Shown: one piece after another, positions 55,826 through 64,000 of the stretch | Layout of the letters: each line of letters opens with the position of its first letter | Numbering within the stretch: the stretch's first letter is position 1 | From: Thermodesulfobacteriota bacterium | GTDB lineage: Bacteria; Desulfobacterota_D; UBA1144; Nemesobacterales; JAJCZQ01 | NCBI GenBank assembly: GCA_965215275.1 | Contig: OZ244044.1 | Span: 1,926,024-1,990,023 of the forward strand | DNA length: 64,000 nucleotides | Reading direction: 5' to 3' | Made by a program: the position numbers and the translations under genes | The notes under the pieces: generated by a model | The model's database searches: none | Seen by the model: the letters and a program-made list of their open reading frames with translations, nothing else | What the model was told of the DNA's origin: nothing

Positions 55826-55984
55826 TTAAATTATCTGAAAGTTTTTGTGTGAGACCCGAGTTGGACTGTTACCTTGCTGCCATATTAAATCATGAGGGAT
55901 TCATATAGTTTCATCAAGCAATCTTTATAGTTCTTTTATCTGGACATGGCTGGCGGATACTGAAAGACTTGAACACGATAATGT

Positions 55985-56737
55985 TTAGAAATCATAATTG
56001 AATATTTCCAGATCCAGTGCATATTTTTTAGCAACCATTTTGCGCAGTTCGTCATCGTAATAGTTCTGGTAGGGGTCGTGTTTGCTTGCATTTAGTGTTT
56101 CTGGCTTAATATCATCAGATAGCGAAATCCGTTCTTTTACATAGGAAAAGTCCTGTTCGAAGTTCTCAAGGCGTCCGATGAAATCCAGCGTCTCCAGGTC
56201 CAGCAAACGATGCTGGGGTGAAAAGTGAGGGTCACAATGCTCGTCTGGTATTTGGGTTACGAAGTGTACAAAATCACTGAAAGACATTTTCTTGAAGCCT
56301 ACCAAATTCCCATATCCTTTTACAAAGTTTCTATCTTCACGGTTAGACAATGCCGGTTTATAAACTTTGTTTATGTAACAGGAAAGCAGTCTGTCATACG
56401 GATTTCTAACAAACGTGAAGTGGAAATAATCTTTATATCTAGCGGACCTGTGTTCAGGTCGAAATATTCTGGGCATAATCGTTCTGTGAAGGGAGGGGTT
56501 TTGCTTAATTTCATCTAATGTAATCTTAATTTCGTCTATTGTAATAATAAAGGATATGATAGTTGTAGATGCAACTTTAGGGATTGTATAATAGATGAAT
56601 TTATGTTTGTGAGAAATGAATATGAATGTTGGACGAGAAGCATATTTTGTTATTGTAAAAGACTTTTTCTCACTCTTTTTGGCTTGAGAATACCCCCCCC
56701 CTCGTAATATTTTGTACAATGCTTTAATTATTTTCAT
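55985..56737 (-). CDS. Carbohydrate sulfotransferase (Sulfotransfer_2 family)
   Basis: IPKVASTT and FVRNPYDRLLS PAPS-binding motifs, HFSPQ; G9 at codons 13-16. Confidence 0.88.
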   Translation of the reverse strand: MKIIKALYKILRGGGYSQAKKSEKKSFTITKYASRPTFIFISHKHKFIYYTIPKVASTTIISFIITIDEIKITLDEIKQNPSLHRTIMPRIFRPEHRSARYKDYFHFTFVRNPYDRLLSCYINKVYKPALSNREDRNFVKGYGNLVGFKKMSFSDFVHFVTQIPDEHCDPHFSPQHRLLDLETLDFIGRLENFEQDFSYVKERISLSDDIKPETLNASKHDPYQNYYDDELRKMVAKKYALDLEIFNYDF

Positions 56738-56914
56738 TCTGTATTTTCAAGTTATCATAAAGTTTGGGAATAACATAACTTTAGTAAACAATATATTATT
56801 TATCTTTGTTTTTTAACTCTTGAATTCTGTTATAATCAGGTTGTAAAAGAGCTATTGATAACTCCTCTATGGTTGCTGGTATGTGTTGTATAAAGCTATT
56901 TTTATAAATTTTAT

Positions 56915-58234
56915 GGGAATTATATACAATAGTGACGAAGTCTCCAAATAAACAGTTGACAAAGCTATAGATCTGTCAGTATTACAGGTAAGAAAGTTAA
57001 ATAATTGGAGGAAGTTATATGTCAAAGAAAGCACCTGGGAAATCATACAGGAAAGGGATATCGTTAGTTGAGTTATTCAGGAAATTCCCTGACGATGCTG
57101 CTGCAGAGGAGTGGTTTGTAAAACGGAGGTGGGGAAAGGAACCCGTATGTCCGTATTGTGGGACAAGAAACGTTCAGACAGGGACTGGTCATAAGACGAT
57201 GCCGTACAGGTGCAGGGAAAAAGGATGTTCAAAATGGTTCAGTGTAAGGAGCAGGACCGTTATGCAGTCTTCTGATATCAAGTATCAGGCTTGGGCAGTG
57301 GCAATATATCTATTTGCCACGTCATTAAAGGGAGTATCAAGTATGAAACTGCATAGAGATCTGGACATTACGCAGAGATCAGCATGGCATTTATCGCATC
57401 GGATCAGAGAGGCATGGAACAGAGAAGAACTGCAAGTGTTTACAGGTTCAGTGGAGGCAGATGAGACGTTTACAGGTGGAAAAGAGAGAAACAAGCATAA
57501 CGACAGGCGTAGTCATACACGAGGGCCTGGAGGGAAGTCCATTGTTGCAGGAATGAAGAACAGAGAGACAAACAGAGTAATAGCACAACCGGTTTCTGAA
57601 CGTAGTAAAGAGGAAATACAGGGTTTTATAGTAAAGAACGTAGGTAGTGGAGTAAAAACATATACCGATGATCATAAAAGCTATACAGGGTTGCCTTATG
57701 AGCATGAGAGCGTGAATCATAGTGTAAGAGAGTACGTTAAAGAGCAGGCACATGTAAACGGAGCGGGATCATTCTGGGCAATGTTAAAAAGAGGATATAC
57801 CGGGACGTTCCACAGAATGAGTAAAAAGCATTTAAATCGTTATGTAAATGAGTTTTCGGGCAGGCATAATATAAGAAGACTGGATACGGAAGATCAGATG
57901 GGAACAACAGCAAGGGCAATGTATGGAAAGACCTTGCCTTATAAAGGACTGACAAGGTAAGATGAATAACGTTATACGATAAAAAACAGACCAAAAAACA
58001 AAGAAACTTGCAATGACGAACAGGAAAAAAACAATAGAGATCTTACCAGGGAGTTATGAACCAACAGAAGAAGAGAAAGAGGATTCGTTTTCTATTGATA
58101 CAACTCCGCAAAAGTCAGCAAAAGCTATACTCCAACCTGTCAACGTTAAAAAGAAGGATGTAAAGAAACACATTACTGAACGTTCAAAAAACAGGAAATG
58201 CTCCAGGCTTCGTCACTATTGTATATAATTTCCC
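56915..58234 (+). mobile_element. IS1595-family element subtype A, copy 3 (near-identical to copy 2)
   Basis: Same TIRs; transposase protein identical to copy 2; small ORF 58013..58228. Confidence 0.95.
57019..57960 (+). CDS. IS1595-family transposase
   Basis: Identical translation to 47505..48446. Confidence 0.93.
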   Translation: MSKKAPGKSYRKGISLVELFRKFPDDAAAEEWFVKRRWGKEPVCPYCGTRNVQTGTGHKTMPYRCREKGCSKWFSVRSRTVMQSSDIKYQAWAVAIYLFATSLKGVSSMKLHRDLDITQRSAWHLSHRIREAWNREELQVFTGSVEADETFTGGKERNKHNDRRSHTRGPGGKSIVAGMKNRETNRVIAQPVSERSKEEIQGFIVKNVGSGVKTYTDDHKSYTGLPYEHESVNHSVREYVKEQAHVNGAGSFWAMLKRGYTGTFHRMSKKHLNRYVNEFSGRHNIRRLDTEDQMGTTARAMYGKTLPYKGLTR

Positions 58235-58257
58235 CATAGTTCCCTAATTTACTTCTT

Positions 58258-59172
58258 ATGATAACAGTAGTAATCTGCACCTATAACAGAAGAAGTTATT
58301 TAAAGAAGGCAATGGACAGTATTGTCAACCAAGCCTTTGCCCCTGACCTGTATGAACTGATTATAGTTGATAACAACTCTACCGATGGAACAAAAGAGTT
58401 TGTTTTAAACAATTACAGTCACTCAAGAGTAAAGGTAAGGTATTTACATGAACCAAACCAGGGGCTTTCACATTGTCGGAATACGGGTCTTCGGAACGCA
58501 ACATTTGAATATATAGCATATATTGATGATGATGGGATTGCCTACCCTGACTGGCTTGAAAACATGGCAAAAGGGATAAAAGACCAGAATGAGAAATTTG
58601 CAGGAATAACAGGTGCGATATTCCCTATATGGGAAATCCCACGACCAAGGTGGCTTTTAGATAGATTTACTATGCCTTACTCAATATATCACCCTGACAA
58701 AAGGACTGTTATTGGTTACGGTTATGTTTTTGGCGTAAACATGGTATGGAAAAAAAGTCTTTTAATAGAATGTGGTGGATTTAATACAAAATTAGGAAGA
58801 GTAAAAAATAAGCTGATATCAGGAGAAGAAAGTTTTACTGCTGAGAGAATAAAAAATAAAGGATATGAATTCATATACGACCCGAAGATGAGAATAAAAC
58901 ACCATATTCACAAATCTAGAATAAATATAATATGGTTAATCAATAGATATTTTTGGAAAGGTTATTCATTGACCGCAATAGAAAATATAAAAACAAAAAA
59001 AAGCATTTCAGTAAAGTTCAGACAATCGTTTAAGGAGATTAAAAAAGCACTTTATAATCTTGGGTCAGTTCCTAAATCCATTATATTTGAACCAAGGTAT
59101 TATTTTTTGATTAAAATAGTTGACGCTGTAGATTCATTAGGAAAACTCTATGCTTTATTAATAATAAAGTAA
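58258..59172 (+). CDS. GT2 glycosyltransferase (separate subfamily)
   Basis: VICTYNR, VDNNSTD, YIDDD, GFNTKLGR..SGEE. Confidence 0.9.
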   Translation: MITVVICTYNRRSYLKKAMDSIVNQAFAPDLYELIIVDNNSTDGTKEFVLNNYSHSRVKVRYLHEPNQGLSHCRNTGLRNATFEYIAYIDDDGIAYPDWLENMAKGIKDQNEKFAGITGAIFPIWEIPRPRWLLDRFTMPYSIYHPDKRTVIGYGYVFGVNMVWKKSLLIECGGFNTKLGRVKNKLISGEESFTAERIKNKGYEFIYDPKMRIKHHIHKSRINIIWLINRYFWKGYSLTAIENIKTKKSISVKFRQSFKEIKKALYNLGSVPKSIIFEPRYYFLIKIVDAVDSLGKLYALLIIK

Positions 59173-59966
59173 CCTTTCGTTTTTTCCAGTCAGTAAAAAT
59201 ATATCTACAGGCTTTGGTTTTATTACCTAATTCATTAAGAATAAAGTTGTTAACTTATACAAAAAACTAATTAAATACTTTAGTATCTACGCCCACTCAA
59301 AGTGTTTTTTAATATGGTTTTAACCAATAAGGCAATAGAAATACCTTCTCCCTCAATCCATTACCAGCCTGACTTCTGTTCCTTCATGTTGTAAAGGACT
59401 TCCAGCAGTGTTGTTTATATCATCGGTCATTAAAACCCGATAAAAATATACTTTGGCTGTCAAGAGAGCATAAAAATAAAAAATTTGGCAGTCATCCATT
59501 AAGACTATCCTTGGAAATATATTGAACTTCCAGAAAAGAGGTATTACAATACGTTTTACCAAGTATATTGGTCCTTACACGAAAATTATTCCAATCCTGG
59601 AACTTTATCCCAGTGTCATAATCATCCCTGATTACATTATCTGCTCAAGATACAGAAATATGGTCAAAAAGAGTAAAAACTAACTTATACAATATAATTA
59701 CTGGAAACTTAGTTTAATGACGTACGTTCTCGTACCATCTTTCGGCAATGGCAGGTCTCTGTTTACCGGGCAGAAAGTAGTTAACATAAGCATTACAGGT
59801 AGGGTTTTGATTTTTCCCATTTCCCCTTTTACTGTTTTTGAATTATATTAAGTGTTTGAAATGCTTCAGATGCCATTACATACTTGACTTTTACCAATAC
59901 AAATTCTGTACATTATGTCAAATATTGATGATTATAAGGTCAATTGACCGGACTTTTTATTTAATT

Positions 59967-61475
59967 ATGGCAAATCAGATATTAATAAACAGAACTTTCA
60001 GTGAAACAAGGGTTGCTTTAATTGAAGACAAGGTCCTTGCTGAGATACACGTTGAGCAAGGTATTAACCCGCAGACCACAGGCAATGTTTACAAAGGCAA
60101 GGTCAAAAAGGTCGTCCATAGTATGAAGTCGGCTTTTATTGATATCGGATGTGGAAGGTCGGGTTTTATTTCCCTTGAGGATATTCCAGTGAAATATTTT
60201 GGAGAATACATTAACGAAGATGAGAACTCCAAGATGCAGACTGTAGGTAGTATTGATTATCAGGAACTTACGGAAGGACAGAGCGTTATTGTTCAGGTTA
60301 TAAAACAGCCCGTCGGTACAAAGGGACCAAAGCTGACTTCATATATTTCAATTCCGGGGAAATTCCTGATATTGATAGTAGCCGTCAACGTTCTTGGGGT
60401 TTCCAATAAAATAACCGATGAAAGGGAAAGGGACAGGCTTGTTAAAATTATGCAGGCTCATAAGCAGAAAAACATTGGTTTTGTTATGCGTACATTTTCG
60501 GAAGGGGTTTCCGAAGATATAATAGCTAAAGAGATAAAAGATCTCACAAGTATATGGAAGGGAATGCTGAGGTCATACAAAAACAGAAAGAAACCAGCCC
60601 TTTTATATAAAACCCCGGACTTGATCATCAGGACCGCAAGGGATTTAGTAAACAGGGACACGAACAGGGTAGTGGTTGACTCGACGGAGACCGAGACCTT
60701 GATAAAGACTTACCTTGCCAGTAACCATCATGGGAAGAAAACAAAAGTCGTTTTGCATAAGGGAAATATTCCGCTTTTTGAAAAATACAGGATAGAGAGC
60801 GAGATTGAAAACATATACAAAAAGAAGGTCACATTGAAATCAGGAGGTTTTCTGATAATAGAAGAGACCGAAGGACTAACCGTAATTGACGTTAATACAG
60901 GTAAGTACACGAGTTGTCCGGACCAGGAAAGAAGCCTTGTTAAGCTGAACACGGAGGCGGCGAAGGAAGCGGCAAGACAGATCAGGCTCAGGAACCTGGT
61001 GGGAATTATCGTGATCGATTTCATCAACATGAAAAAGAAAAAGTCGCAAAACGATTTATACGAGGCCTTTAGACTTGCATTGAGCAAAGATAAAGCAAGG
61101 TTGGCAGTTCAGTATATGTCCGAGTTTTCAGTTGTTCAGTTAACTCGTCAGAGAACAAGGGAAAGCATACTTAATACCCTTGCCGGTAGCTGCATGAACT
61201 GCAATGGTACCGGTAAGGTCAAATCAGTCCAGACAATAAGCTATGAAATTATCAGAAGGATAGAGTCATCCCTGGGTAGATCAAGATTAAGCAGTATTAC
61301 GATTGAAGCCAGCGAGAATGTGATCAATTATATATTTGGACCGGAAAGGGACAATCTGTCGGATATGGAGAGCAAGGCGAATATTGATATTGATTTTGCC
61401 ATTAATAACTGTCTGAAAAATGGTTACAATCTGCAAGTTCAAAAATACCAGAATAAAAAGCAGGATAAAGGGTAA
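59967..61475 (+). CDS. rng: Ribonuclease G (Rne/Rng family)
   Basis: ETRVAL, S1 domain, IDVNTG, IVIDFINM, CxxC. Confidence 0.9.
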   Translation: MANQILINRTFSETRVALIEDKVLAEIHVEQGINPQTTGNVYKGKVKKVVHSMKSAFIDIGCGRSGFISLEDIPVKYFGEYINEDENSKMQTVGSIDYQELTEGQSVIVQVIKQPVGTKGPKLTSYISIPGKFLILIVAVNVLGVSNKITDERERDRLVKIMQAHKQKNIGFVMRTFSEGVSEDIIAKEIKDLTSIWKGMLRSYKNRKKPALLYKTPDLIIRTARDLVNRDTNRVVVDSTETETLIKTYLASNHHGKKTKVVLHKGNIPLFEKYRIESEIENIYKKKVTLKSGGFLIIEETEGLTVIDVNTGKYTSCPDQERSLVKLNTEAAKEAARQIRLRNLVGIIVIDFINMKKKKSQNDLYEAFRLALSKDKARLAVQYMSEFSVVQLTRQRTRESILNTLAGSCMNCNGTGKVKSVQTISYEIIRRIESSLGRSRLSSITIEASENVINYIFGPERDNLSDMESKANIDIDFAINNCLKNGYNLQVQKYQNKKQDKG

Positions 61476-61655
61476 AAACAGGGTCAAAGCTACTTAGATC
61501 AGAGGAAGTAATGAAAAAATATTTTATATGGCTATCAGTAATGGTTTTTCTTTCTACAGATGTTTTCTGTATTCTGGGAGAAAGATAAGACCTTGATTTA
61601 AAAATTGGGAAAAATCCCAAAGTCGAAGAAAATTGTTAACTATAATGGTGTAAAC

Positions 61656-62081
61656 ATGAACTCGTATGAAGATGGAAGCCTTTATCATATAGCCATAGCG
61701 GTAAGGGACATTGGCCGTGCAGAAAAAGTGTTTAAAGACGCCATTGGTTTAAGAATTACCCATAAAGAAGAGATACCTGAACAAGGTGTTCGTGCCGTAA
61801 TGCTTCAACCTGCAAGAGGCGATGGCACTGCAATTGAACTCATTGAACCACTGAAAGAAGACTCTCCGATAACTAATTTTTTGAATAAAAGAGGGGAGGG
61901 TATCCACCATATATGTTTTTATGTTGATGATCTGGAAGCCAGGCTGGATGAACTGAAGAGCAAGGGCGTAAAACTTATAGACGAGAAACCGAGGGTAGGG
62001 GCATACAACGTTAAGGTTGCTTTTATTCATCCATCCTCTATGAATGGTGTGTTGGTAGAGTTAGCTGAAAAACCTAAATAG
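61656..62081 (+). CDS. mce: Methylmalonyl-CoA epimerase
   Basis: HIAIAV, IELIEP, GEGIHHI, AFIHP, GVLVEL. Confidence 0.88.
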   Translation: MNSYEDGSLYHIAIAVRDIGRAEKVFKDAIGLRITHKEEIPEQGVRAVMLQPARGDGTAIELIEPLKEDSPITNFLNKRGEGIHHICFYVDDLEARLDELKSKGVKLIDEKPRVGAYNVKVAFIHPSSMNGVLVELAEKPK

Positions 62082-62114
62082 CCGTGCCTGAATTTATCTT
62101 GTTTATTAATTGTC

Positions 62115-62348
62115 CTAATCGTCAGATTTTTTAGGGGCTGAGAAACCTTCGAGTTTGGTTTCAGTTGTTTTTTCACTGTCTTCACGTTCGGGTGAGGATT
62201 CTGTTTCATCGTCCTTCAGTGATCTTCTGAATCCCTTAATACCTTTGCCGAGAGAAGAACCGATCTCACCTAATCTGCTGGGACCAAAGATTAAGAGAAG
62301 GATTACTAAAATTATTATTAATTCTACTATGCCAAAAGAACCAAACAT
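62115..62348 (-). CDS. tatA: Twin-arginine translocase subunit TatA/E
   Basis: Transmembrane helix, FGP hinge, LGKGIKGFR. Confidence 0.92.
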   Translation of the reverse strand: MFGSFGIVELIIILVILLLIFGPSRLGEIGSSLGKGIKGFRRSLKDDETESSPEREDSEKTTETKLEGFSAPKKSDD

Positions 62349-62442
62349 TTTTCACCTGCTTAATTAAAAGGTAACAACAAAGATAACCATTGTCAATTAT
62401 AAGAAGTAAAAGTATGTAGAAGTCAGTCTAAGAGATGGCCGT

Positions 62443-64000
62443 ATCTACAACAGTAGAAATTGTTAGGCCATCTTAGACGTGGGGTATCATGCTTAAAAAA
62501 GGTAGCATCTACAACAGTAGAAATTGTTAGGCCATCTTAGACGTTTACGCTTATCTCGTCCAGATTATATCTACAACAGTAGAAATTGTTAGGCCATCTT
62601 AGACTTAATAGCTGTATCAGTGCGACCATCATATCTACAACAGTAGAAATTGTTAGGCCATCTTAGACATGAAATTATATATGAATTCAAATGCATATCT
62701 ACAACAGTAGAAATTGTTAGGCCATCTTAGACATAATTAAGTTACTACATATAATACAGAAATCTACAACAGTAGAAATTGTTAGGCCATCTTAGACAAA
62801 GGCTGAAGCAGTTAAGGCAGCTAAAGCATCTACAACAGTAGAAATTGTTAGGCCATCTTAGACTTTATAACTGTATTAAGTGACTATTCTATCTATCTAC
62901 AACAGTAGAAATTGTTAGGCCATCTTAGACTGCCATAGTTATACCCTGCAATCAACTATCTACAACAGTAGAAATTGTTAGGCCATCTTAGACAAAACAA
63001 GCCTATTATGCTGATAAAACAGGATCTACAACAGTAGAAATTGTTAGGCCATCTTAGACTCAAGGAATTATAAAAAGGTCTGCGAGACTATCTACAACAG
63101 TAGAAATTGTTAGGCCATCTTAGACTAAAATTAGGACTATCTGCATTATCTAATCTACAACAGTAGAAATTGTTAGGCCATCTTAGACAGATATGAAGTT
63201 GTGGGAAATTCATTATTGATCTACAACAGTAGAAATTGTTAGGCCATCTTAGACTCAAAGGCGGAGTATAAGCGAAATACAATCTACAACAGTAGAAATT
63301 GTTAGGCCATCTTAGACTCAAGGAATTATAAAAAGGTCTGCGAGACTATCTACAACAGTAGAAATTGTTAGGCCATCTTAGACAGATATGAAGTTGTGGG
63401 AAATTCATTATTGATCTACAACAGTAGAAATTGTTAGGCCATCTTAGACTTGTAAAAGAGTACAAAGGCTTTCTTTCATCTACAACAGTAGAAATTGTTA
63501 GGCCATCTTAGACCAGATACAGAATCTTAAGCATTTAGTAATCTACAACAGTAGAAATTGTTAGGCCATCTTAGACTTCAAATTATGTATAGAAAAGCGT
63601 CCATATCTACAACAGTAGAAATTGTTAGGCCATCTTAGACATTATTGGATATGGATAATAGATAACAAATCTACAACAGTAGAAATTGTTAGGCCATCTT
63701 AGACTTCCATCTGTACTTTCAAATACATATTCCAAATCTACAACAGTAGAAATTGTTAGGCCATCTTAGACGGATAAGTCAGAAGGTAAGGATTTAAGAG
63801 ATCTACAACAGTAGAAATTGTTAGGCCATCTTAGACATAATTGAGGAGGTAGCAAAATGAGTGTAGATCTACAACAGTAGAAATTGTTAGGCCATCTTAG
63901 ACTGGGATCTGTAAAGAGAGGTAATTTTACAATCTACAACAGTAGAAATTGTTAGGCCATCTTAGACACAGCAAAGCGCCCACTCCAAGCGCAGCTATAT
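62443..64000 (-). CRISPR. Type V-A (Cas12a-type) CRISPR array, 24 identical 36-nt repeats visible, probably continuing past the window
   Basis: Repeat (minus strand) GTCTAAGATGGCCTAACAATTTCTACTGTTGTAGAT ends in the Cas12a handle AATTTCTACTGTTGTAGAT; spacers 26-31 nt. Confidence 0.97.

Noticed and set aside
59190..59830. Coding-like debris between GT2 and rng (also 36900..37300 and 43960..44290)
   Set aside because: Multiple stops; I could not assign a family by eye.
62931..62957. Possible self-targeting spacer (TTATACCCTGCA also near 44670)
   Set aside because: Only about 12 nt match; compatible with chance.
63088..63321. 77-aa ORF in the CRISPR array
   Set aside because: Translation of repeats and spacers.

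Overview
AT-rich bacterial chromosome segment. The 16S and gene content tentatively suggest a Dadabacteria/Desulfobacterota-like organism; this was not verified by search. The core backbone carries tRNAs, rnr, a DinG-family helicase, an rRNA locus without a linked 5S, mqnAD, dgt, hisAF, rng, mce and tatA. It is interleaved with a heavily rearranged surface-glycan accessory system. (1) Five GT2 glycosyltransferase paralogs are mosaics of one another, with C-terminal His/Leu heptad coiled-coil tails encoded by perfect 21-bp tandem repeats of 32, 11, 11+, about 2 and 0 units, usually ending in an amphipathic membrane anchor. This resembles a length-tunable molecular ruler. (2) Six G/C homopolymer tracts lie in surface-related genes, two of them currently frameshifting. 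(3) Three mosaic copies of a small-protein + HTTM gene pair are present. (4) A 5.8-kb inverted duplication (fmt-amt-porin-HTTM pair) brackets the rRNA-containing central 36.5 kb. (5) Many IS1595-family elements and orphan TIRs mark the junctions, capture host or methyltransferase gene pieces and supply outward -10 boxes. The window ends in a Cas12a-type (V-A) CRISPR array on the minus strand whose intact terminal repeat is followed by an anti-repeat. No cas genes are in the window. Single-base frameshifts could partly be long-read errors.
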